Under the pieces are notes generated by a model. That model was not told where the DNA came from. It saw only the letters and a program-made list of their open reading frames with translations, and searched no databases. Positions 48,664 to 57,974 of a DNA stretch of 64,000 nt are shown piece by piece. The DNA lies in assembly GCA_050943415.1 (NCBI GenBank), contig JBMNPD010000002.1, positions 5,036 through 69,035 on the forward strand, given 5' to 3'. Positions within the stretch are counted from its first letter, which is position 1. Each line of letters opens with the position of its first letter. The DNA is from Candidatus Dojkabacteria bacterium. Its GTDB lineage: Bacteria > Patescibacteriota > Dojkabacteria > SC72. A program made the translations under genes and the position numbers.

Positions 48664-50145
48664 TTAGTACGATTTTCCAAACACCCACTCTTCTGTACAA
48701 TCTTTTCCACAGTAAATACACTTACCTTTTTTTCCTATACCAGATTCTGGTAAGCATCTGGTAGTTGCTTTGGTTTCGTACTTAATATTTTCTTCACATT
48801 CAGGAGAACCACACCAATTTGCTAAAACAAATCCCAAATTCTCTTTAAATATTTTTTTCATCTCATCATACGACTCGACTCTATGGGACTTTGCTATCAA
48901 ACTCTCTTTTGATTTTCTGTATAACTCATTTTGAATATCTTGGAGAATATTTTTAATCTCTCCATTTAAAATATCAGAATCCAACATTAATTTTTCTCCG
49001 TTGTCTCTTCGAACAATTTGGCATTTTGACTCCTCAGCTTCTCTCCCACCTATTTCAATTCTAATAGGTACTCCTTTCTTTTCCCATTCATTAAATTTCT
49101 CACCTGTAGAAACATACTCTCTGTCATCATACATAATCTCATCTAAACCAAACTCACTGCTTAATGAACGATATACATTTCCTGCAAATTCCAATACTTT
49201 CTCCTTGTTTTCATTATTCCATATAGGAACTATTACTGCTTTTATAGGGGCAATATTAGGAGGCAACACCAAGCCATTATCATCAGAATGAGCCATTATT
49301 ATAGCACCCATCATTCTTGTACTTGCTCCCCAACTTGTTTGCCAAGGATATTTTCTCTCACCATCTTTATCTACAAACTGTAGATTGAATGGTTTAGCAA
49401 AGTTTTGTCCTAAATCATGAGAAGTGCTGAATTGGAGAGCTTTTCCATCTTGCATCATAGCTTCTGCTCCGTATGTGTTGACAGCACCTGCAAATTTCTC
49501 TGATTCCGATTTACGTCCGCTATATACCTCTAAAGCAAGATACTCTCTTGCAAAGGTAGCATACATTTCTGCTCTATCAAGAACTTCTTTCTCTGCTTCT
49601 TCATGTGTGGCATGTACTGTGTGACCTTCCTGCCAAAGAAATTCAGAAGATCTCAAGAATAATCTGGTTCTTTTCTCCCACCTTACAACATTTGCCCATT
49701 GGTTAATCTTTAAAGGTAAATCCCTCCATGAATTTATCCATTTTGAAAAAGTATCGTAAATTATGGTTTCAGAAGTAGGTCTAACTATCAATTCTTCCTC
49801 TAATTTTGCATCAGGATCAACCTCTACACCATTACCATCTTCCTTTTCTTTTAATCGATAATGGGTGACTATGGCACACTCCTTTGCAAATCCTTTAACA
49901 TGATCAGCTTCTCTTGAGAAGAAAGATTTAGGTATGAATATTGGAAAATATGCACCCTTAGCACCTGATTCCTTTATCATTCTATCCAAATTTTTCTGAA
50001 TATTTTCCCAAATAGCAAAACCGTAAGGTTTAATTACCATACAACCTCTCACAGATGAATTCTCCGCTAAATCAGCTCTTTCTATGACATCTAAATACCA
50101 CTGAGAGTAGTCTTCAGATCTTTTAGTTATACCTTTGTTTGCCAT
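48664..50145 (-). CDS. proS: Proline--tRNA ligase (archaeal/eukaryote type)
   Basis: RPTSET, QWANVVRWE, EFLWQEGHT, C-terminal FGKSY. Confidence 0.96.
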   Translation of the reverse strand: MANKGITKRSEDYSQWYLDVIERADLAENSSVRGCMVIKPYGFAIWENIQKNLDRMIKESGAKGAYFPIFIPKSFFSREADHVKGFAKECAIVTHYRLKEKEDGNGVEVDPDAKLEEELIVRPTSETIIYDTFSKWINSWRDLPLKINQWANVVRWEKRTRLFLRSSEFLWQEGHTVHATHEEAEKEVLDRAEMYATFAREYLALEVYSGRKSESEKFAGAVNTYGAEAMMQDGKALQFSTSHDLGQNFAKPFNLQFVDKDGERKYPWQTSWGASTRMMGAIIMAHSDDNGLVLPPNIAPIKAVIVPIWNNENKEKVLEFAGNVYRSLSSEFGLDEIMYDDREYVSTGEKFNEWEKKGVPIRIEIGGREAEESKCQIVRRDNGEKLMLDSDILNGEIKNILQDIQNELYRKSKESLIAKSHRVESYDEMKKIFKENLGFVLANWCGSPECEENIKYETKATTRCLPESGIGKKGKCIYCGKDCTEEWVFGKSY

Positions 50146-50184
50146 ATACGCAGTATTTTACAGTATTTTTGAAATATTACCAGA

Positions 50185-51555
50185 CTAATATACAATTTTA
50201 GGAGCAAAACCCCAATGATCAGCTGCTTTTGCTAAAGCAGAATCAGGATGCTCTTTAATCCATTCATCTAAATTTCCTCTACCTAAAGCAATATCTTTAG
50301 CTTGTACTACAGCTTCTACCCCTGCCTCTATGCCCCAAGGATGACCTAACACTCCTCCTCCACACTGAATCATAATATTTTCACCTAAACGAGCGATGAC
50401 ATCTTGCAGTACACCAGGATGCAAACCTCCTGAAGCTACATGCCAAACAGGCTTCATACCGTACCAATTCTGACCAAGTGTAATACTTGATGGCGGAGTA
50501 ATATCTAATTCTAAAACATCTCTGACTAGTTTAGGCTCTCCATAGTTCTCCATTTTAGTCTTTGGTGCACCTCCATGAAAAGAGTCTACACCTAACAATC
50601 TCATAATTTTAGCAATGGCAACCATTGACATAGAGAAGTCTAAAATCTCTCCCTTATCATATACACCAGGTCCGGATTCTCTACTAAACAAACTATGCAT
50701 TGCTCTATGTGCATGTATTGCAAGGCCAGGATTTTTCAACCTCATTGTATGAACTGCAGAAAATCCAGTAGTAACAACATCCATCATCAACCACCTACCA
50801 CCATGAGCTTTTATGAGTCCTGCTCTGTCAAGCATAGTTTCCATATTCGAATGAGTTACATTGCAAAAGTAGAACTTCTTTTTTCCTGTACTCTCCTCGA
50901 CCTCTTTCTGCACTTCTAAAACAGCCTTACATCTATCTTCAAATTTGTTAAAAAACAAACTGGTTAGATTTTCATCATCTTTCATACCATGATATTCACC
51001 ATTTGCAGCAGTAAAGAGAATCCTTGCCAAATCAGCCTGTTCCTGTGCTGTTCTACCAACTTTTGGCTTTGGAACAGTAAGAAGAAGTGGACCTCTCTCA
51101 ATCTGCATCTGCTCTCGTATACCATCTATACCAAATTGAGGTCCAGGAAAGGCTTGTACCATCTTCCTTGGAAACCTAATATCTATGCATCTAAATGCCT
51201 TTAACATCTTCATTCCACCAACATTCCCAACAATTCCTGCAAGCAAACCTGACATATTATCAACTTCAAACAAATCTACCTTGTACGCAATTTTGAAAGT
51301 ATTGGTCTCTGGTTCAAGATCGTAAGCTACAGCTTTCATCTCATCAGCCATAGGTACACCAGAACTTTCACCATCATACACTTTTGTCCATGTACCTGTA
51401 GAACTCTCTGCTGCACACGCTCCTGCTACTTCCACAAACTTATCTTTAGCCTCATCGATCATTTCTACATCCAGATATGTAATGATGTAGTCCTCATCAG
51501 GATTTTTAGGTTGCCATCCTTTCGGTGCAACATATGGATTTTCTTTCTCAGCCAT
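50185..51555 (-). CDS. RuBisCO large subunit, form III-like
   Basis: AAESSTGTW, KPK.G, KDDE, HAHRAMH, KME, ASGGLHPG, GGG..GHP. Confidence 0.92.
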   Translation of the reverse strand: MAEKENPYVAPKGWQPKNPDEDYIITYLDVEMIDEAKDKFVEVAGACAAESSTGTWTKVYDGESSGVPMADEMKAVAYDLEPETNTFKIAYKVDLFEVDNMSGLLAGIVGNVGGMKMLKAFRCIDIRFPRKMVQAFPGPQFGIDGIREQMQIERGPLLLTVPKPKVGRTAQEQADLARILFTAANGEYHGMKDDENLTSLFFNKFEDRCKAVLEVQKEVEESTGKKKFYFCNVTHSNMETMLDRAGLIKAHGGRWLMMDVVTTGFSAVHTMRLKNPGLAIHAHRAMHSLFSRESGPGVYDKGEILDFSMSMVAIAKIMRLLGVDSFHGGAPKTKMENYGEPKLVRDVLELDITPPSSITLGQNWYGMKPVWHVASGGLHPGVLQDVIARLGENIMIQCGGGVLGHPWGIEAGVEAVVQAKDIALGRGNLDEWIKEHPDSALAKAADHWGFAPKIVY

Positions 51556-51646
51556 GGCAGTTTTTGAATCAAATTAGACATTAATATTAAACAGCTAAAT
51601 AGTTGAAAAAGCAAATATATTCAACAGAAACATACGAAAAAGAAAA

Positions 51647-51720
51647 TCGGGGTGATCCGACTTGAACGGACGACCTCTACATCCCGAATGTAGCGTTCTA
51701 GCCAACTGAACTACACCCCG
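51647..51720 (-). tRNA. tRNA-Pro(CGG)
   Basis: CGGGGTGTAG..TT-CGG-GA..GTTCAAGT. Confidence 0.93.
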
Positions 51721-51723
51721 CTG

Positions 51724-53514
51724 TTACATTTTCTCCACAGTTTCAATGCCCAGACAATACAAAGATGTTTTAATAACATTCATTACTGCTTTTAGCAAAA
51801 TGACCAGAAAAGCTTTCTCAGATTCAGGAGCATCAAGTACCCTTACATTTTGGTAGAAAACACTAAACTGTTGGGCAAGAGAGAATAGATATTGACATAA
51901 TGTTGATGGTGAATATCTCCTAGCAGAATCAAGCAGAGCAAATCTCGATTCGCTAAGTCGCGCCATTAAGTCTCGTACTTCAGGATTATTAGGAATTACA
52001 TAATTACAATCAGATTCTACATTCTCTATATTTTCAATCTTTTCCAATATAGAATTACATCTAGAATACGCATACATTATATATGGACCCGTATCACCAT
52101 CAAACGATATAGATTTCTCCAAATCAAACACAATATCGTTACCAACCTCACTTCTTAAAAAAGCATACTTAACAGCACCAACAGCTATCTTCTCACACGC
52201 ACTAGCACCAAGCCTTGATTGTTTGCTAGAATCGTTGGAAATCCCCTCCACTCTAGCAATAACCTCGTTTAACAAATCTTCACCTGATACATACCCACCT
52301 TTTCGACTTGCCATCTTCTTCCCTCCCGGTGTCTTTATCCACCCATGATGGACATGCACAAGACCCTCTGCTGCCTCTGGCGAAATCTTCCTTAAAGCAT
52401 CAAGAACAACTTCAAAATACCCTTTCTGCTCCTTACCTGTGATAATTATTGATTCATCATATTTAATCTGTTCATACTTTGCCAAAGCAAGCCCAAGCTC
52501 TTTCGCCTCATATGTAGGTAGTCCATACTTGTTCAAGAAAACCCTAGTATGTAAATTCTTTTCAGTATCACCTCTGTACACTACAGCACCATCATCTTCT
52601 TCAAACACCTTTCCAATATTTTCTTTGACAATATTCAAGCCACGTTCACCTACCTCACTTTCTAAGAAATAGTAATCAAACTTCGTACCTAAAACCTGAT
52701 ATATCTCCTCAAAACGATCTAAACACCATTGCCTTCCCTTTAGATATATCTCTTTCATACCAACTTCTTCGTACTTGGAAAAATCCTTCTTAGGTAAAGA
52801 CGGAATTGAAAAAGAGAAGATATAGTAGTTGATATTATCAATCTCATCTTTAATCTCCAAGTCATCACCATCATCATACGCATCTGCACCTAAAATATAT
52901 GCTTCCCCTAAAAATTTGACCCTTTCACTTAAAGATCTTTTCTCAATATCCTGAATTGTTAAACCTTCTTTGGCAAATTTCTCAACAACACCCCACATAG
53001 TTTTAGCAACATGCAAACCGACATCTCCTTGATATATGACTCTTTTAACATTCGTTCCTAAAACTTCCTGTAACCTACAAAATGACTCGCCTACTACATT
53101 GGTGTACAGATGCCCCACATGCAGAACTTTAAAAGGATTAGCATCTGTATATTCAATCAGTACATTCTTTCCACTATTTTCATCTGATTTGAAATATTCA
53201 TCTCCAAGCTCCGCAATCTTTTTTATCTCATTAACAAGGTATTTATCTGAAAGATAGAAATTGATGAAGCCTGGACCCGCCACCTCTACTTTTTCGATAT
53301 CCTCATCAATAGGAATTTTTTCAACTATCTCCTTGGCTAGTTCTACTGGATTCTTCTTAAGAACCTTAGCGAATTTCATAGCAACATTAGTAGAATACTC
53401 TCCCATATCAGGATTGTTTGGCTTCTCTACATCTATCTGATCAGTTGGAATATCATAATCCAAAGACAATATAGCCTCGCTGATAAGTTCTGTTATTTTC
53501 TTAGTAATATCCAT
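51724..53514 (-). CDS. argS: Arginine--tRNA ligase
   Basis: AGPGFINF, ANP.K.LHVGH, KMASRKG, GDTGPY..Y. Confidence 0.95.
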   Translation of the reverse strand: MDITKKITELISEAILSLDYDIPTDQIDVEKPNNPDMGEYSTNVAMKFAKVLKKNPVELAKEIVEKIPIDEDIEKVEVAGPGFINFYLSDKYLVNEIKKIAELGDEYFKSDENSGKNVLIEYTDANPFKVLHVGHLYTNVVGESFCRLQEVLGTNVKRVIYQGDVGLHVAKTMWGVVEKFAKEGLTIQDIEKRSLSERVKFLGEAYILGADAYDDGDDLEIKDEIDNINYYIFSFSIPSLPKKDFSKYEEVGMKEIYLKGRQWCLDRFEEIYQVLGTKFDYYFLESEVGERGLNIVKENIGKVFEEDDGAVVYRGDTEKNLHTRVFLNKYGLPTYEAKELGLALAKYEQIKYDESIIITGKEQKGYFEVVLDALRKISPEAAEGLVHVHHGWIKTPGGKKMASRKGGYVSGEDLLNEVIARVEGISNDSSKQSRLGASACEKIAVGAVKYAFLRSEVGNDIVFDLEKSISFDGDTGPYIMYAYSRCNSILEKIENIENVESDCNYVIPNNPEVRDLMARLSESRFALLDSARRYSPSTLCQYLFSLAQQFSVFYQNVRVLDAPESEKAFLVILLKAVMNVIKTSLYCLGIETVEKM

Positions 53515-53535
53515 ATTTATACTATACCATTAAAA

Positions 53536-53609
53536 CGCATCCGGAAGGATTCGAACCCTCAACCCTCGGTTCCGAAGACCGATGCTCTATCCAGTTGAGC
53601 TACGGATGC
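53536..53609 (-). tRNA. tRNA-Arg(TCG)
   Basis: CT-TCG-GA anticodon loop, canonical cloverleaf. Confidence 0.93.
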
Positions 53610-53643
53610 ATATACGCATATGGATATTATACCACTACTACTG

Positions 53644-53912
53644 CCTTTAAGGTGGATGTATAGGTACACAGCAAGTGGACAAACAGAGTATATTTCATAA
53701 ATATTTAAGATATTATGGGGTAAATATCAGAATCTTTCGTTGTTAAATTGTACTTTCCACATTTTCTTCTGTTCATTTATGAATGTGTATATGTAGCTGT
53801 CGGTTGGTTGTTAAAGTAGAATTTCTTTCTTATTATCTTGTAGTATCTTAAATATTTATGAAATAGTCTAAAGAAACCTTTACAGAGAGAGCAGATACAT
53901 CCACCTTAAAGG
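53644..53912. repeat. 269-bp symmetric element, copy B
   Basis: Perfect 17-bp terminal IR CCTTTAAGGTGGATGTA; perfect 21-bp inner IR ATTTCATAAATATTTAAGATA. Confidence 0.85.
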
Positions 53913-53914
53913 TA

Positions 53915-53988
53915 CGTACCTGGCCGGAATCGAACCGACAACCTTTGGTTCCGCAAACCAATGCTCTATCCAATTGAGCTACAGGTAC
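53915..53988 (-). tRNA. tRNA-Arg(GCG)
   Basis: TT-GCG-GA anticodon loop, canonical cloverleaf. Confidence 0.92.
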
Positions 53989-54021
53989 ATTTCTAAGGAG
54001 ATGATATCACAAAAGCAGAGT

Positions 54022-54870
54022 TCAGAATACATATCGAACGTCTCCACTTTCGTAAGTTAAAATATATTGCACATTGTACTTTCTAAAAATTTCCAATGTT
54101 TCATTCGATGGGTGACCGAATTTATTCTTCTCACCACAAGAACAAATGGCCATCTGAGGTTCTAGCTTTTGTATGAAATTTTCGTGTGACGAAGTTCGAG
54201 AACAATGGTGTCCTGCTTTGAGTAAAAATATATTGTTTAAAAAAGAGTAGTCGTATAGCTCCTCTTCTACTTCTTTTTCTGCATCTCCCATAAGAAGAAT
54301 TTTCTTCTCTTTAATATACAACAAGGTAACTACAGATTCGTTATTAATATTCTTTTTTCTCTCCTCTAAAGAGTTTCTCTCAAATGGGTATATTATGATT
54401 CCAAACCACTCTCCGATTCGGACATCACCACCAGCCTCAACATCTACCAGTATGTCCGAATAGTTCTCAAGAAGATAATTATACCCATTGTTGCCATATT
54501 CCACAGGATTATACAGTATCTTTCCAACTTTATACTTTTTCAATATCGAATATATCCCTCCGATATGGTCTTCATGCGGATGTGTTAACACCAATACCTC
54601 TATTTCTCTGTCATACCAAGGCATGTATTTTGACAGTGCAAACATAACAGACTCGTCAGGACCTGTATCTACAAGCATTTGTTGAGTTCCTTGCTGAACT
54701 AATATTGCATCTCCCTGTCCTACATTTAAAAACACAATTTCTGGGTCTTTAATATATCTGACATTACCTTGATATGTATATACTACAGCTAAAAGAATGA
54801 ATAGCAGATCTATACCATTCTTGAATATGAACTGTTTAGCTTTTCTTAAGATAGTAATTGTACTGTTCAT
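54022..54870 (-). CDS. ComEC-associated metallo-beta-lactamase-fold protein
   Basis: NVGQGDA, THPHEDH.GG, LMGDAE, GHH.S..S, N.FGHP. Confidence 0.92.
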   Translation of the reverse strand: MNSTITILRKAKQFIFKNGIDLLFILLAVVYTYQGNVRYIKDPEIVFLNVGQGDAILVQQGTQQMLVDTGPDESVMFALSKYMPWYDREIEVLVLTHPHEDHIGGIYSILKKYKVGKILYNPVEYGNNGYNYLLENYSDILVDVEAGGDVRIGEWFGIIIYPFERNSLEERKKNINNESVVTLLYIKEKKILLMGDAEKEVEEELYDYSFLNNIFLLKAGHHCSRTSSHENFIQKLEPQMAICSCGEKNKFGHPSNETLEIFRKYNVQYILTYESGDVRYVF

Positions 54871-55804
54871 TTTTTATGGGATAAAAATATATTACCACGA
54901 TTATGAATACAAAGAGAAGTATAAATAACAAAGGTAATGCATATTGATCTGCTATGTTAAATGCTCCAAAACCTAAACTTTGTATCTTCATTACAATTAG
55001 TTCGAAGTATTTTAGTTGTAGGTTAACAATTGTAAAGAAGAAATACGAAATTTCTGATACGAACTTTGCACTTGCCAAGCCTAATATTCCAAATATCATT
55101 GTTGATCCTACGACTGGAAGTATTAGTACATTAGCTGGAACAGACCAGATGGACAAGGTTTTAAAAAAGAATATTGATATGGGAAGAGTTGATATAGTGC
55201 AACTCATAGTAGACAAGATGTTCTCCTTTACAAAGCTTGATGTTGGTAATACTTTTTCTAAAATTGGTTGAATGTATATTAACCCTATCATTGCACTTAG
55301 AGACAACAGAAATCCGGCATCAAATATTATTAGAGGCTCCATTATTAAAAATATTACAGCTGTTAGAGGGAGTGCAACATGCATGCTACTATCTCGTCCG
55401 AACAGTTTAGCTACGAATGAGAGACTACTCATTATACAGGCTCGAACTATAGAGGCAGAGAATCCTGAGAATATTGCAAACAGCCATATTACTATCAGGC
55501 TTAGAATTATTCTCTTCTTTTTACTCAAAAAAGAAGTCACTTTAGACAATGACATAGACAAAACAGTAATATTGTATCCAGAAGCAGAAACAATATGACT
55601 AACTCCAGCAATTCGCACTCCTTCTTCAAAATTCTTTTCCAGAAGTCTCTTAGATCCAAAGAGTATACCTGCAAGTAATGAACTTTGAGGCTCGTTTAAT
55701 ACAGAATCTATTTTTTCTTCCAAAAATATACGAAGATTAGTCAAAATATTTTTCACTCTGCTCCTCTTTACATTATTCTCACACTCAAGCAGAGGGTAAT
55801 CCAT
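54836..55804 (-). CDS. comEC: ComEC competence (channel) domain, C-terminal part of frameshifted comEC
   Basis: G..HI.S.SGYN, S..RA.IM, GF.LS. Confidence 0.9.
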   Translation of the reverse strand: MDYPLLECENNVKRSRVKNILTNLRIFLEEKIDSVLNEPQSSLLAGILFGSKRLLEKNFEEGVRIAGVSHIVSASGYNITVLSMSLSKVTSFLSKKKRIILSLIVIWLFAIFSGFSASIVRACIMSSLSFVAKLFGRDSSMHVALPLTAVIFLIMEPLIIFDAGFLLSLSAMIGLIYIQPILEKVLPTSSFVKENILSTMSCTISTLPISIFFFKTLSIWSVPANVLILPVVGSTMIFGILGLASAKFVSEISYFFFTIVNLQLKYFELIVMKIQSLGFGAFNIADQYALPLLFILLFVFIIVVIYFYPIKNEQYNYYLKKS

Positions 55805-56487
55805 CGTAAAATATATTTTTTTGTTTTTAGAAAATTTTTGTAGTTAAAATCTTCAGAACTTCTTGGTTCCACAAGTTGTCCTCTTGATTTACATGTCTGC
55901 CCTATGTGAATGTTTTGAAATTTCTCAACTTTTAGAATTACACCTATCTCTTTGTTAGAAATTTTTTGCTCACATTCTCCCCTAGCCTGTAGTATGTTTA
56001 TGGTGACTTGTTGATTGGAATATTTTTGAGTAGGTTCTTCTGTAATGTAAAGCTCTCGTACTGTGGAACATTGAGTGAAACAATTTAAATTTTCCTCAAT
56101 TCTTCTCTCCGTAGTAATTGTAGACCAAAAGCGTATGACTTGAAAAAGCATTGCGCTATTGACAAAAAGCAGAAGAGTACAAAGTTGCATACACCTTTTG
56201 TTGTTGAAAAAACCTAATTTTTCTTGCTTAAAAATTTCCACTCCTACTCTAGTTTTTAACTTGATGATAACTGTAAGAAGAACAATAAACAGAAGACAAC
56301 AAAACAAGCCGATAGTTTGCGCCTCGTTTATGTTTCTTAGAATAGTGATGGTCAGCGGTTGTAGTAAGATATATGTCAAACAGAAAGCAATGACTTTGTA
56401 CTCATGTAAATACAGTAGCAACCCCTTAACTCTTCGTCTAAACTTCTCAAAGATTTTTCTTAAACTGTTTAACAATTTTAAATACAT
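55768..56487 (-). CDS. comEC: ComEC N-terminal TM/OB part (frameshifted relative to 54836-55804)
   Basis: G.L..P....FNY..FL motif immediately before an A7 run. Confidence 0.7.
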   Translation of the reverse strand: MYLKLLNSLRKIFEKFRRRVKGLLLYLHEYKVIAFCLTYILLQPLTITILRNINEAQTIGLFCCLLFIVLLTVIIKLKTRVGVEIFKQEKLGFFNNKRCMQLCTLLLFVNSAMLFQVIRFWSTITTERRIEENLNCFTQCSTVRELYITEEPTQKYSNQQVTINILQARGECEQKISNKEIGVILKVEKFQNIHIGQTCKSRGQLVEPRSSEDFNYKNFLKTKKYILRWITLCLSVRIM

Positions 56488-57239
56488 ATCTTTTCTCTAA
56501 ATTTTGCAAATGAACTCTCCCCTATTCCAGAAACATTCAATATATCCTCTATCTTTTCATATGGACGACCATCTATGATCTTCTGTGCAGTGCTTGGACC
56601 TACTCCTGTTAGTGAATCTAGTTCCTCCAGGGAAGCACTATTGATATTTATGCACTCCTCTGTATTACTACTACTCCCACCACTACTATTATTACTATTA
56701 CTCTCAGAAGAGCTAGTCGTGGTATTCTCTCCAATATCTCCTACACTATTGTTTACAATTATTTCTACTTTCTCTGCTTCTGGTAGAAAGCTTAATATTT
56801 TGCAATCCATTTCTTTTTCGAATGGGAAATATATTTTTTGATTTTCTACTATCTTCTGTGCTAGGTTGATTTTTCTTGATACGAATCTGTAGGCTACTTC
56901 GTTTGTAAATCCTCCTGCTTTGTTTACAGCATCTATGATGAGTGCATCCTTGGGCATACAGTACACTCCTGGTTCTTTTAAGGCTCCACTAACATCAACA
57001 TAGATGCTACAAGGTGTGTTTGTATCTCTCAGTATTTTCTTGTCCTCCAAAGGGATACTATCTTGTTCTACATCTACAGTAATTTGGCTTTCTACTTGTT
57101 TTTCTTCATAGTTTTCTTCTTTAGAATTAAGGAATTTTGTAATCACAAAGTGGTCAAAGAGTATTCCTAAAAGAAAAAAGATTACTGCTGTAGGAAGTAT
57201 GTATTTTAGCTTCTCTTTGGTGAATATATTCTCCTTCAT
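56478..57239 (-). CDS. comEA: ComEA DNA-binding protein
   Basis: VDVSGA...PGVY (SLBB), ININSAS.EELD.L.GVGP..A.KII HhH. Confidence 0.93.
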   Translation of the reverse strand: MKENIFTKEKLKYILPTAVIFFLLGILFDHFVITKFLNSKEENYEEKQVESQITVDVEQDSIPLEDKKILRDTNTPCSIYVDVSGALKEPGVYCMPKDALIIDAVNKAGGFTNEVAYRFVSRKINLAQKIVENQKIYFPFEKEMDCKILSFLPEAEKVEIIVNNSVGDIGENTTTSSSESNSNNSSGGSSSNTEECININSASLEELDSLTGVGPSTAQKIIDGRPYEKIEDILNVSGIGESSFAKFREKICI

Positions 57240-57274
57240 AGAGAATATATTACTAGATGATTATGAAATTTCGA

Positions 57275-57934
57275 TTAATTTTCAAGAATTTGAATACTCT
57301 CTATGATTACATCATTTTGTGGCTTATCGTTACTATCGACAGCAACTTTTTCAATTGAATCTACTACTGGAAATCCACTTGTTACCTCTCCAAAGATTGT
57401 ATATACTCCATCGTTTAATGCAGCGAGGTTCTTTTCTGAGATTGTTCCTGTGGTTATGAAGAATTGTGATCCGTTAGTATTAGGACCAGAGTTTGCCATT
57501 CCTAATGTGTATTTTTTGTACTGCCTACTGCTTGTTTCGTCTTGGAATTTGTATCCTGGGTCTCCTGTTCCGTCTCCTTCTGGATCTCCTCCTTGAATAA
57601 CGAATCCTTTTACTACTCTGTGGAATGTGAGGTTGTCATAGAAGCGTTCTTTAGCTAAGAAAAGGAAGTTGTTTACTGCTATTGGAGCATCTTCTTCGAA
57701 TAGGTCTAGTTCTATGTTGCCTAGGTTAGTTTTGATAATGGCTCCATAGTTTATACCCTGTAGTAGCACTTTTTCTGCTTGTGTATATGTTTTTCTTTGT
57801 TGTATTGGTGCTATATTTGTACTGTTCATTCCTTGTTTTGTTAAAATTAAGCCAAATACAGAGACTGCAAGTAGACCAAATGCTAGTAGTATTATTTTTT
57901 TTGATTCTTTTAATGAATCTGCTAGTGCACTCAT
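57275..57934 (-). CDS. Cyclophilin-type peptidyl-prolyl isomerase, membrane anchored
   Basis: FHRV..GFVIQGGDP, MANSGPNTNGSQFFIT. Confidence 0.95.
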   Translation of the reverse strand: MSALADSLKESKKIILLAFGLLAVSVFGLILTKQGMNSTNIAPIQQRKTYTQAEKVLLQGINYGAIIKTNLGNIELDLFEEDAPIAVNNFLFLAKERFYDNLTFHRVVKGFVIQGGDPEGDGTGDPGYKFQDETSSRQYKKYTLGMANSGPNTNGSQFFITTGTISEKNLAALNDGVYTIFGEVTSGFPVVDSIEKVAVDSNDKPQNDVIIESIQILEN

Positions 57935-57974
57935 ATCTAAAGTTTATATTTTAAGTTAGATATAGTCAATCTTT

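Noticed and set aside
56655-56705. CTA/TTA triplet repeats
   Set aside because: Encode the Ser/Asn-rich linker of ComEA
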